Origin: Takakia lepidozioides
Taxonomy: Eukaryota; Plantae; Bryophyta
Reading direction: 5' to 3'
Assembly: GCA_030704615.1 (NCBI GenBank)
Contig: CM060733.1
Span: forward strand, 14,880,001-14,944,000
Length of the DNA stretch: 64,000 nt
The notes under the pieces were generated by a model. That model saw nothing but the letters and a program-made list of their open reading frames with translations. It was not told the DNA's origin and did no database searches. Positions 24,419 through 37,513 of the stretch are shown here, piece after piece (within the stretch, counting starts at the first letter, position 1; every line of letters starts with the position of its first letter). A program made the position numbers and the translations under genes.

Positions 24419-25864
24419 CTTTGAGCAGGCTACTCCAGTTGTCACTACTCCTTATGTGGGTCAGCACAAGTTCTCCCGTGGAACAAAATCTTTAATATAG
24501 TTCCTGGACTGAGCGTTGATCTTGCACCGTTCTGCAGACATACCAACTTCTTGACTTGAGTCAGGCTCCCCTGCAAGCTACTAAAATCTATTTATAATCC
24601 TCTTAAAAGCAACAAGAACAATTCCCTTACACGATCTCTTTTCCCCTATTTCTCCGAAATGCTAGTTGTGGTCCAAAGCCATCTCCATTGGTCATGAAAT
24701 CTTTCCATCACTTCACTAAACGTCCGCTGTCTGCAGGTTTTTCCTCGCTCTTCCCTGATTGCACGCATCTAAATCTGAGTAAAAGAAATCCTCAGCATTC
24801 CCTACTGTCTTCATACTCTATCGCTGGAACCTGCTTCCACTTTCGAATGCAACATCAAGCAAAATGAATCGCAATCAGTGCTATTCGCTTCGGATCTCTC
24901 TCTCCCTCACTTCACCCTGCTCCCAAAATGATCTGCGACGCTACGATGAACCGCTAGGCGATGCTAAAAGTGATCCAAAACTGTTTTCACTAGTTGGCTG
25001 CAAACATCTCGACCACATTACCCTGCTTCCACATCTCTGGCGTGCTACTTGGGCCGCAGCGATTCCTACCGCCACTTATCATCCTCAGACCTCGCAAGGT
25101 ATGACCGCTAATCAATACATTGCCGATTACAAGTTCACAAATCCCAATCATCCTCCTTCCACCTCTTTCTCTCAAAATGCCAGGTCTGAGCTGATCTCTG
25201 CTTCACGTCTCTAATCCTAACCGAATCCCCTCCGCACATGCTATCGCCGTCACATATCTTTGTCACCTCACCCTGCTACCACTTCTTATTCAAACGCTTA
25301 CCCCTGCTTACCCTAACCTTCCGTGACCTTACCCCCTTCTCCCCGGGCGCTAGGCAGGCACTGAAGCGATCTCCATCAGCACTATCCAACGACCTCCGAT
25401 CCGTTGATCCCTTCCTCCTGCATCCAACTATTCACAGCAATGTCCTGCCTCAGACTTCTTCAAGAGAAAAAAAATCTGCCCCCCGTAACTTCTTTTCTTG
25501 TTGAGCTTACCTCTGCTTCCAAGATTCCGGGAACGATCTCCGTGAATACTCCACCAAAACTTCCGATCTGTTCAACACCCAGTCCTCCGCGCATCCACTC
25601 CTTCTCAGATGCACAGCGCCACACTTCTTGACCGCATCACCTCCACCGAGCACGCCAATCCCGCACCCTCCCTCTCTTTCCTTCTCCTTCCTTCCTCACC
25701 ACCGTCTTCTCGCCTATCTCTCTTGCACCCTGAGAGAGAGACGGCCCCTCCCTCCTGACCCGACACTGGTTCGAACTACGCCTCGGGTCCGAAAATAACC
25801 CGATTTTATTATTTAAATTTAATTTCCAGAATATTTATGCATTTATCTGGACATATCTCAGTTG

Positions 25865-26097
25865 CACGTGTGGTCTGACAGGCTGTGTCCCTTTAATTAT
25901 TCATTTTTTGGATTTATTTTATTTACCTTTTCGGCATCCTGTGCTGCTCTGTCACTCCGCCACGTGGAAACCTCATTCTCATATTTGGATAGTACATAGT
26001 ATATACTACGCAATTACAGAAAACAATAAGAATAAAAAACTATGTTATTAGATTGAGCTAGTAATTGGGAGAAGGTGCCGTCTTGACTGCCACGTGT
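25865..26097. promoter_or_regulatory. Three G-box/ABRE-type CACGTG elements upstream of the WDL gene
   Basis: CACGTG at 25865, 25961 (GCCACGTGG) and 26091 (GCCACGTGT), just beyond the CT-rich presumed 5'UTR start (~25740). Confidence 0.4.
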
Positions 26098-26417
26098 AAT
26101 ATCTCCACATATTTGCATCTCGGCCGCTCTAAGTAAAATGTTAATTGGGCTTCCTCCCCTTTTTAAAAAAAAACCAATGTTAATTCAATGCTGTAGCTTC
26201 TATACAATAGGACCGAAAATAATGAATTTAAAATAAAAAATAGTTCCATAAAATAACAGAGGATGAGGTTTATGTCACTGGCATGGTACAGCGTATACTT
26301 CCAGTGATATACTAAATATGTACGTTAATTACGGTGATGTACCATATATAAATGTGAATAAAATCGATGGTCTAAGTTAGTAATTCCTCCAGACAATCGC
26401 AAAGGGCAAGTTCGAGA

Positions 26418-26644
26418 CAGCTCAGTTGGAAAGTGCACTTAGTGCCACCCAGGTGGTTCGGGGGTCAAATCTTGCTACCTTGATGGCTGTGGTGTATTGT
26501 ATATTCTGGGCGGTGTCCCATGCGTAAGCCTTCACGGCGAGGTTACTGTGAAAGAGGTTATTTTTCCTCTCACTATAAACTAAGGGGCCTGATTTGTGAG
26601 CTGTCGCTCCCAGGTGTTTCCGTGTAAGAAAAAGAAAAAAAAAG
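26418..26644 (+). mobile_element. tRNA-derived SINE, copy 2
   Basis: A-box-like CAGCTCAGTTGG, B-box-like GGTCAAATC, shared body with copies 1 and 3, A-rich tail. Confidence 0.82.
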
Positions 26645-29600
26645 ACAGAGAAAACCGTTTTTATTTATTTTTTCCTTTGCGAGGTCTGGAGTACGGTGTC
26701 GAGCAGGTGATTCGAGGGTCAAATCCTGAAAGAGTTCAATGCCGCACCTGATGGTGATCATGAAATAAAGGACGGTCAGAGAATTTATTAAGTTCTTATG
26801 GGGTCTTGTGTGGTGCATTTATGATGGTGGGCACTGGGGATAGGGGATATGGCGATACTTATGACTTGTGACCATCCGCCTTCTTCGTATGTTCTCATCC
26901 ACATCGGGATGGATGATGATGGATGTCCGAATGGATGAACTGTAATTTGGAATAGAGAGAGACAGAAAGAGAGCGGGAGACAGGTGAGAGGAGTGGTGAG
27001 GGATGGAGGTGAAATGCTCGGCTCTCGCACTGGAATTCTGCAGAATGCTGGAGAAGGAGTAGGATGTACAGTGAATATTTCCATTTTCGATTCACGGGTT
27101 TCAGGTCGCACTGGAAGATTGGACGCTGACGCTGTAAGCGCTCTTAAATCTCCACCATTTCTTGTGGTCTGATCTGAATTGCATGTCCATAATTATATGA
27201 AGGAACTTGCTCAGAAGACTCACGGTGACAAACGCGGAACTTAAATATGAAATATTGTACAAATGCAAGAGTAGAAGCAGGGAAGAAGGAAGGAGAGGCT
27301 GATCTCGGGTGCAAGCAAATGACATTAGTGCTGCTTCAATCAGGAGGCTCACTGATGAAACTGTATGGATCACCTTCATGACCCCAGGCTGTATGAATCA
27401 AGCGTATGAGCGTCGACCGCAACTGCGCTCATCGTACTCCGGCCGGGCAAAGAGATGGAGAGGTTCTTTATATGGAAGAACGTGGGGTTCAAATGGAAAA
27501 GAAAAGGAGTTCTCCAGGAGGGCACTCCTTGTAGTGTACTTATATATGGCTGTGCTACTGCCTCCTCAAACAGGAAAGAGGGAAAGAGAAATCTTGAAGG
27601 GAGCTGGTAATAAGATTGATCATGACACACTCAAAGGCAGCAACTACATAGAGGCCTTCGGCCTTCATTCCCCTACTGGAGCTCCTGACGATGCACATCT
27701 GCATGTACCATGGAGGTCGCAGCACGGTTAGTGCCCTCGGAGCACCTCCCTCCAAAATAAATTCATGGAAAGCAACGAACTACAGGGAACACACTAGCCA
27801 ACTCTTTCATGATAAATGACATAAGAAAGTGTGCGTTATATGAAATGTCACCAGACCTGGCCGAAGATTTTTAGCATTAGGGACTTCGCTATAGGCCAGC
27901 AATCCGAAAGTTCGTGCTGCAGTCGACTTCTGCAGCAAACCATTGTTCTCTTGAACAATAATACTGTCACGTTATCTTTCAACGCTTCGTAAATTCATCT
28001 TTCACCTTGCAGGCAACTCGGATATGGCGAGTTCCAGTAGGTATATACGAAAAAGAGCGCTTTCAGAGGGCCTTACCTGTGAGGTTTCGAAGACGAAGGA
28101 GCTCAATCAAGTCAGTGGTAATGTTGCCTGCGTCCTTCCCGCAAAGCCAGTAATTCGTCACGGGCTATCTGCAATGTGGTTGCAAGACTGCATACTTCGT
28201 CACCGTGCGGTCTTCACAGCAGCCCTCTGTTTGACGCCTCGAAGGCTGGTCCATCCGCCCTGACACGCTGGTTTATTAGTTGTAGGCCGTGCAGAGGCGG
28301 ACCCTTTCATCCCCCCTTTTCGTTTGGGAACCCGCCAGCACATGCGGGCAGCGGCTGATGCCGCTTCATGAATTGTGGGCTTTGAGTTGCCATGTATCTT
28401 TGACAATCGCTAGAACATTAATTGTGGTTTCTGGATTTGTTCCTCTCTCATGTTTTCTTCCATTTTGTCCCATAAGCTCTACGAGCTTTCCGCGGACGTT
28501 ATAAAGCACCATTTCATTTCATTTCCCTGTTGGCCAATGAAGTTCCGGCAGGAGGCCCTGGAAAGCTCTCATCAATCTGGACTACAATCTTTCTGTTGGC
28601 GGCTCTTCAATCGAAGCCGGCTTCCGAAAGTTATGCCTAAGAGTTCAGGTTTTGCAAGCGCTAATGGACGAGTGGGCTATTGTAGGCTGCATTGGATTCA
28701 CGGAAGAGGATCCCCTTTATCACTCATATGCAGGCTACAGTGTTACCTATTGTTTAATGCAATAGAGGTTTGCAATGCATGCATTTGTGAACTCCGCCTA
28801 AACAGTACCAGAGCAGTGTGGATTTGATAGAGATTTGGACTACTGCTCTGGTTTTCAGGGTGTCAGGGCTGGCGAGAAGATGAGCTCAACCACATGCAGG
28901 AGGGTTCCCAATGTTCTTTGCAAGTAGATTGTCATTTATATCTCAATGAGTTGCTTGCAACTGTGACAAATTTGCAGTCTCCTATCGTTCTGGACTGCTT
29001 CTCTTGTCATGAACAAACCGATTGGTAGGCATAGTGTAGACGTGATTTTCATCCCCGAGGGCTCGAGGCAGTCCGGTCAGGGTCATCTCATCGTCAGTGG
29101 GGCGGCAAGGTTATGCAGAAGCGGCATCAAGTCCTACTAGTCATCACGCACGGCATATCACCACAGTGCAGATCGTTGCCAGCAGTTGGAACAAGGATAA
29201 TTTTCGTTCAGTACACACAATCTAACTTGATGCCAGATGGGTCATGTGCTGTTTAGTATGATTGCAGGAGCTTGGTGAACAGGATCTACCCTTTACAACG
29301 AAGAGCCCTATCTCAGTCCTGTATTCCCTCTTTTTCCCAGATTTTTAGAAGGGGAACACGTGGTGGCTGTTTTTTCAAGGAGGTAAGTAGTAAGTTCTTA
29401 CTGCAGAGGAATTTGGCTAGCAGAAGTCTGCAGGCCAACGAACATTATCCACCTTACTGGCATTCCTCTGCATTAGGAATGTTGAATGTTGCAACTGTAC
29501 TCCTTTGAAGTAAGTTGAAGTTGCGCACATGTATCAAGGATGTTGTATCCTAATGGTCTGGAGGTTATCCCTTCTGAGGTCGGTCTGTAGCTGATGACAG

Positions 29601-30332
29601 TAGTGATGCAGCCCACATAACCTGGAGCTTCTTTGCAGGCAAGCAAAGCCTCAGAGACATCTCCCACTCCCAGGAATGCACATAGCTGAAGAATTTGTTG
29701 AAGTGAGGATGGGGAGGATTTCACATTGAAAAGCAAGTTTGATTAGAGTTGAAACTTGAAACCTGCCCTCTTTTAGAATATGTAAGAAATAGGTGAGCTC
29801 AATTTATTTTAATTTCAGCAAGATTCCTCTTTATCACTCCAGACAAAACAGAATTCACAACACTACCAATATAAACTGTTGGCTTGTGCTTCGCGGCAAG
29901 TGCATCTCAGTTCGTTTTTGCTTTGGTTCTTCAAAAGAGTCTACATCGAGATATCACCATCTCAGACAAAGTACAAAAACTAGGAACAATTCCATTCATC
30001 AACCGATGATAACCAAGAGTGCTGGAAGAGGGGGGCTGCAAAATCAATGATATGGCAACAGCTTTCTCACTTATTTCATTAGGGAATTCCCACGGATGAC
30101 CATTCCTGTCAACCTGTAGGATTCAAGAAGTTCCTGATATTGCTTCACATTTCCTCAGTAGGAGAGTAAGAGTACACTAGCATATCCTGTACTCCTACCA
30201 GCTGCCTGGGTCCTAAAGGACTGAATGCTTGCAAAGAGTCAGTACTTGAATGCTATTTGAAGGTACAAAGCCGACCCAGGTAAGAAGGACACTCTTACTT
30301 TATAGACACGATGGGACTCAATGACAACCCAG

Positions 30333-33067
30333 TCAGGTGGGCACGCGGTAGTTGGGGTCATCCATGACCAACACAAACAAGTTGCCCTTGTCTCCTCGTG
30401 ACACTCTATTGTGCACCCACAAAACAAGAAACAACCTTCAGCCACATAATCCTGCAATTGTTGGTTGCCATCCCCTAAATTTCACCCATGAAACGGAAAA
30501 ATGATTTTAACAATGTGATAACTATAACTTCATCAATTTGAATCATTCCCTTATCGCCGTCATGGCATGACAGTCCATTTCCAGTTTGTCTGGTTAGATG
30601 AAGCTGTAGGGATGAAGACAATGGTTTATCTAATTCAAAAGGTTCAGAAAGAAGAGGGACATGAGAAATGGTAGCATAAAACATGTGAAAAATCTCACCG
30701 GAGTTCATCATCAAGGTAAGTGATTTCCAGCTCACCCCGGGCACGCCCTGGTGCTTTCACACTAATCTGAACAATAGTCAAAATCAGGAATTGAATGTCA
30801 GCCCTTCAGTTTTTGTGTATCAGTGCTGATACATCCACATAGAATTAGTTTGGAAACACCTTGAAGTCCAAATACAGGTCGTAAAAAAAATTCTTGGAGC
30901 ATCAAATCAAGGTTGACAAATATTGTCAGTCTTCAATGTACTGCGGGACTTTCACTACATCCTGTCTTGTGGAGTATGCTCGACTTTTCTGAGGCTCCAA
31001 ACAATTCTTGATCTATTTGCAGGCCAAATGGAAAGACACTTTGGGTTCAACATGAGGGATCATAGAAGAAGGAACGTACCAGACCACCTAACTTGAAGAA
31101 GTCAAAATTCACCACCACCTTTTTTGAATTAACAGGATTCAAGTTTGCAGTAACCTGCACAGTGGCGATTCAGCTCATCAAACCTTGTCTAAAAATGATT
31201 GGATAAAAGGAGCAACAGATGCAATTGAATGGGCTACTCACAATTACAGGTACAAAGGATGTATATGGAGGGAAGCCTGTAAGGTAGGACCACAGGCACT
31301 CCTCTGAGGGCAAGACACCCAGCCACATGATAAGAAAGGGCAAATTATTCACATGAGTGAGGAGTGAGTGTGAGAGAGAAAGAAGGCAAGCAAGCAGGAA
31401 AGAAAACTTTATAACGTCCACAGGGGGCCGTGAGATATAGCAGAACAATAACAAGAGACAGCAAGAGTAAGACTCAAGAGATGATGCAATTCGGCTAGTG
31501 GACTTGACCATACACCCAGGCACCCACCCACATACTTGGTTGAAGAAGGGCCAAGTCTCCAAGTTTTGTGCTCTAAGAGTGTCAGTGTTGATGGCCTGAA
31601 ATATGGCGCCATTAGGTCTCAACAGTTTGGGCCTCTGCAGACACAATATAAATAAATGAGTCCTCTCTTGTACCACCAATACAACTACCACAGCTTCACA
31701 ATCAACTGTAAGCTTTGGGAGGACACTTAAAGGCTATAAATGTTAAGAACCAAAGCATGAAGTGCCATGGCACTTAATCAAACTAGGTAAAGACAGTATG
31801 GTTACTTGTAACAAGTCAAAACAAAAGCTTTTCAGAGTCTTGAGATCAAAACAAAAGCTCTGCTACCTACACGGCATATGAGCCCCCATAAGTTTTGAGC
31901 ATACCTTTTTCTTAAGAATTGTCTCTGAGGTGGTATACACAAGCTTCCACTTTCCATTCAGAAGTGGAGACTTCAAGGGCTCTTTGGTCGGATTCAGTAA
32001 TTCTAGTTCTTGGGCTATCTGCCAAACAGAAACACCATTGCACAAAACCTTATGTGGAAGGTAGAAATTTACTTCACACTCCTCTTAAACGGGCCATTGT
32101 CCCCAACCCAAAACCTGAGCTCAGAAAGGGAATCGTAGACCCTGACTTTCTTGACCTTCCAACCCCAGGGTGACGAGTTCAACTCTAGCACAAAACCCAC
32201 ATCCAATTTGAGCCGGGCGAGCTCAAGGATCGACCATCGGGCAACAACGACTTGGTAATCTAGTAAAGAGCTGCAGATGACCGGTGTCTGGCTCACTTCC
32301 AGATTCGATTATTATGTCTCATAGCATATGAAAACGAAAACAGTGATTCCCTTCCGAAATCTGCCTGTGGAGCTTCAAGACACTGCGTGTGTGTTCACAG
32401 GGATCTCATCCTTCTACAGGCTAGATGGCATTAACGACATCATGCATTCGAAAAAGTATAAATAAACATGCATCTGAATTTTGAACTTCACCGTTCGACC
32501 TGGAATTGAAGTTGTTTGACCATTTTTCGACACGTACTATAATCTAGTTGATCAGTTTCAAAACTAGTCGAGTTGTACAAAGGGTATTGTTTGGAATACA
32601 CAGATTAGCGAGTCATAAAGCGAGTGATGAATACCTGAAAGGTGAGTGACGATCGAAAGCAAATAGAATCGTACCTTTTCAATGCGAGCTAAATCATCAG
32701 GGGAAGCCTCAGCACCTCGATCAAGAGGGACAATGGCATCCAGCAATTCTCGCTTCACTTTCTCCTTGTCTTTCTTTCTCAAAAATGGAAAAAGAGCGGC
32801 ATTCACCCCTCCGCCAGTCGCTTTTAACTCCGACACCTTCCCTGATCTGAATCCTCTCAAACTTTCTACAGGTGGAACAAAACTGGATTTACTGGAGCTC
32901 GGATGCAGGAACTGGAGCTTATAACCACGAGTGTCCACAATCGAACCCAAACAAGGCAAAGACGAGGCACGCGAAGTAAAGAAAGAAACATTTCCGCAAA
33001 AAGCGGCTGCAATTACAGGTGATCTAGACCTGCCCACATGGGCATTGAGTGTGAGCGGGGCGGCCAT
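30333..33067 (-). CDS. Plastid-lipid-associated protein/fibrillin (FBN3-like), 6 exons
   Basis: Exons ~33067-32675, 32018-31905, 31634-31536, 31154-31080, 30766-30699, 30405-30333. Transit-peptide-like N-terminus. Motifs: [74 protein letters not shown]. Confidence 0.92.
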
Positions 33068-33692
33068 GGCTGTGACTCGTGAGAGAGAAGAGTAGATAGA
33101 GTGTTGGCTCCCTGGAAGCAGCTGACGATGAAATCGGCTTACATCACGGAAACAATCCCACGCAGCAATTGAATACTAGAGAACTTTATACGTTCTGGCT
33201 TCTGGCCTGTTATCAAACTCGGCTGGGCGACTGGGACTTCTAGCCTTTCCGGCTATGTTGGTAACTGTTTGCTCCTGCTTTGAGGAGGTTTGGCCACATA
33301 CAAACACTCGATACTCTAGAGGCAAAAGGAGCTCAGGTTTCGCATGCAGGATGGATGCATAGCCTCACTCGTAAACCAGAGCTGGGCAACAAGATTGTGT
33401 GAACAGATGACACATTTAGGGTTGCCCATCAGAGTTTTGATGCCATTGCTGGTGGTCATCTCTCCTCCTGATAGACTACTTGATTTTTCTTTGTGCACTC
33501 ACTACGAATCTGATCGTCCCTGTGTTCTTAGCATATGCAGGATCTCCTTTCAGGTTTAGCACTGCAAATTGTGCCGTGTTGGTGGCACCACGAGAGCCAT
33601 GAGAGTGAAATGGGGACAATTTGAGTCACCATGCATTGGACATGAAAAGGGAGCAGAGGTAAAAATGTGATAATATTACAATTAGACTAACA

Positions 33693-36600
33693 TCACCAAA
33701 ACCAGTCGTTCCGTGCATCAACAGCCTTCACTTGGCTAGCTACAAGGGGCATATACCCGAATAGAGAAACGAAGTGGTTCACACACCACGTCCGATGCTT
33801 CCTGTGCCCATTGAGACTACTGATACCCGTCGACCCAATCTCAAAAAGTCTCCCTGCACCACATCCACAGGCAAAATAACCAAGTAGCTTCAGATGCTTT
33901 CAGTGAGGACTTGAACCTGCATTTACATTCATAAGGTATCTTTCCATATACTGCTGGAAGTGCAACCCACAGAAAATACAGAGCAAGCTGGCCTTTCTAC
34001 ACCATCTCTGGTTGGATTGAGAAACGACTCTTGCAGGGGTGCTCCTCCAATCCAAGGGAAACCGCAAAAGTAGGCCTAATTTTCAACTACATGTCAACTA
34101 CACCCTACTGGACTAATTAGTCTATGCTTTTGCCTCCAAATGTTTGCTGAGCTGTAGGGGGGTGAGGAGCTTCAAATCCATGATTGAACTTCTTTCTAGT
34201 GCAAATTTTGGAGGTTTAAAATAGCTTCTCTTTACCCTACATATACAGATATTTGGTCAGCCAGGTTTAACTCGCATGCTTCAGGGTCTGATGTGGACTC
34301 TACAGAAACACAAGTCACTAGAAAAGCGGCCAAGAAAGCTAAGAGTTTCAGCAAGTCAGATTGCAGGACTGTATCTTGATTTCTTTTGATGCCGTAACCA
34401 AATGTAAAAATAGACGAGTAAAACCTATACCCTTCGGCATGTTGAGGAAGAGAGGTCCAGACAGATGGGTCAAAACAGCAATTCTACACTAGAGCCTCTT
34501 TCTCTTCCTTTTTCCACTCTCTGCAGTCTATCTTTGGGTGCATCCATGGATGTGAAACTGCAGGCAGGCTAGTCTACTGAATACTTTCTCTCTCTCAGCA
34601 GCATGCATAACATTAAAGAGGCTAACCTTTGACCCAAATGGGAGGAGCACCGGTTGCATTTGCAATCAGGAAAGACATTGCAATATCCTCGCAGTTCCTG
34701 CACTCTCCACCAAAATCTCAATTATGTCATTGTTGAGTTGATATACAATTCAATGTTGATCCTATTCAGACGTCAAAATTTGAATCATCACATAGCTGTT
34801 CTCTCTGGACAAATCGGGAAAGACAAACGATGACTTGGAAGTTAGTCAATTGGAAGTGTACCAAAAGCACCCACATCACAGCCTGGAAAATTGAACGGGT
34901 TGAGCTTGAGTATCAGGGAACGACCTTGTATCTTTCACATAGGTTCGGATAGATGCCGGCATCTGCTTAGTATAGAGCTCAAAGTACTTGTGGTGGATGA
35001 AGGCAGCCTTGGAGAGCACCATGCTGTAGGTGCCCATCCACCATACTGACCACCACCCCCCATATGTGTACTCCGGTGGCTCTCCTGGACGCTTCTGCTT
35101 TGTTCCAGACCACCTCAAACAATTCATCAGTGCATGCAACAGTTCAGACCTGATGAAACAGAGTGGGCTCACTTGACAAAATTCAGGGATAAGCAGCCCT
35201 AACATAAAACAAGAAGGTGGGCAAGGCATCATCAACCATGAAGCTTGTGCAAGACCAGGATTACATGAGAGTTTCTGACAGACATTTGCTGGCAACTGGT
35301 TGGAAAGATCCCAGATTTTGTGTTCAAAGTTTGATAATTGAGTGCTTTTCAAGCATTCCAAAGCATGTACATAAGCACATAGCAGACCCTCCAGTTACAG
35401 GGGTTTTATGTGGTTATTTATGTGCTGGCCTCAAAAGCCAGCAACATAATCCCTGTATCACTACTCGAGACTGCTCACTGAAAGCAGGTGTAACATATCT
35501 GCCTATCACATCATTAAAGAAAAAGGGCAGAGAGGAACAGAAATATGCCTATTAACCCTAGACCTACCTGCTTGGAACAGAAAGGCCATCACACATGCTA
35601 CAGCAAAGAGAGAGCATGGAGGGGGATTGTAACGGCAGAATACACACCGCAGAATTCAGCCAGTGCATTCGCGGGACAAAGCCAACCATGCTGTTTGGAG
35701 CACTGAGCCATACACTGAAGGCAGATTCCACTGAAGTACAAGGAACCACCACATCATCATCAATCGAAAAAATCGCCTCAGTGCGAAGGCCCTCAATGGG
35801 TTTAAATCGGTTGTTCAAATTGTCTTCCTGGTTTGTGTTGAACCGGAAGTCTAGTCTTTGGGACATCTCCCGTGAGCTGGCAGCCACTGACTGAATCAGA
35901 GAGAACTGCAAGGCTTCAGAGGGGGGTTCATGCTCACTCCACACTACCTGGATTGCATCCACATTCCTGCATGCTGCATAGTGGCCTACTGTCTGCTTGA
36001 GCAAATCGTACCGTTTCCAAGTGTTGATAAGCACTGTATATCGATGCCTGGCCCACAGCAGACAAATAATCAGAACTATGGATGGCAACTCTCTCTCTCT
36101 CTCTCTAGCAACTAGGCTACGGCAAACAATGTCTTATGAGTACGATCTCTCTAGCAACTAGGAATCAGCACTTCAATAGCTTGCCAATTTCTGAGCGAAA
36201 ATAATCACTCTCCGTACTCCAAGTCACTTCAATTACAAAACAGCATAGGGTGTAACAGACTAATTACACGTTCCTATATGTAGCAGATATTCCCTAGAGA
36301 TCTGCTGTACCCTTTACACCCTTTGATTTGCTATGCCAACATAAAGCAGAGCTTTGGGAAAGGCTCCTGCAGACCAAGCAAGAGTGGAGTTTACCCAAGG
36401 AAGAGGATTAGAAGCCCTGGTCTAATTCAGTAACCTGTTTCCCCAGCAATTTTGAGGCTAACATGCGGAGTGCCATTGTTCCAAAAATAAATTCCATTTT
36501 GTGACCAGAGTCTAAAACCCCTCCACTGGTTAAACCCTGCCAGAAATCTGCAAGAGCAGATTCCCCCAGCTTCATCATTGAAAAACAAGTGAGTGATTTC

Positions 36601-37513
36601 AGTGTTCTCAAAGTAGATTGTCTGAAGAACAGCCAACATCCCCTGTCTCTCTCACTAGGGGGTGTGCCTGGTTTGACCAAGCTACTAAAAATGTCCGGTC
36701 GGTGGACATGATAGCAAGGAAGGCCAGCATTTCAGTACTAGGCACTCTTGTCAAGAGACTAGTTTTGAAACCATCAAAAAGACATCATTGCACCTCTTTG
36801 CGCCAATTTCAGGTTCATGAAGGCAAATGGCAAAAGCTGTGGCCCTCTTTGGGCCTGAATTCCCTGTGAGAATAAGTCTATCTTCGAGTGTCTTCTTGAG
36901 AAAATCTGGATAAGCTCAAGTCCCAGCATCGCTCCAATCCTGACCCCGGGAGAATGAGCACAAGGCTGCGGCACCCAGAGTCTAATGATTACCTCTCTCT
37001 GACTTACAGATTTCACAGAAAATTTGAACAAGGTCAGGAAATCCATGAGTAGGGCATCAGCACAGGAAGCAATGCCAAAGTTTCATCCATGTTCTCGTAA
37101 TGTTTACACGCATTATGAAAGGAGCGGGTTCCTGAGAATCCCATCAACAGAAGCTTGACCATTTCCAGTGGTAGTCAACATGCCAGGCTTGATACCTGAA
37201 CAAAAACCTAAGTCTTGACTCAAATTCCACGAGGTTGATCCTAGTATGAGATGCCCAACTGTGGGAAAGGCGTCCATGGTTAATGGATAAGCATCATTGC
37301 AGTTGAATCTGAGTAGTAAGAATTTAATTACCTTCCAAGCGATCGCGGAGTTTGATGATGGTGACGCCATCCGAAAATAGAATCCGCGCGGCTCGTCAAC
37401 AAAAACGCCCCGAAGACGAGGCATAAACCCACTAAAAGCTTAATTCTATAAGACCCATTGTTACTGAGGAGGATTCGCAAGCGAAGCAACGATCTGTCTC
37501 GCTGTCCCTTCAT
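33693..37513 (-). CDS. Glycosyltransferase family 64 protein (EPC1/EXTL2-like), 5 exons
   Basis: Exons ~37513-37332, 36047-35648, 35095-34925, 34697-34627, 33853-33693. Motifs: YTVLINTWKRYDLL, DNLNNRFKP, IFSIDDD (DxD), VGFVPRMHW, YSMVLSKAAF, RNCEDIAMSFL, ends NDWFW*. An alternative in-frame start exists at ~37578. Confidence 0.92.
36100..36162 (+). mobile_element. Very short LINE 3'-end insertion with ~17-bp target-site duplication
   Basis: TCTCTCTAGCAACTAGG (36100-36116) [CTACGGCAAACAATGTCTTATGAGTACGA] TCTCTCTAGCAACTAGG (36146-36162). Confidence 0.75.

Noticed and set aside
27655-27673. Partial miR166 resemblance (TCGGCCTTCATTCCCC)
   Set aside because: The central bases are missing and no star arm or hairpin is seen.
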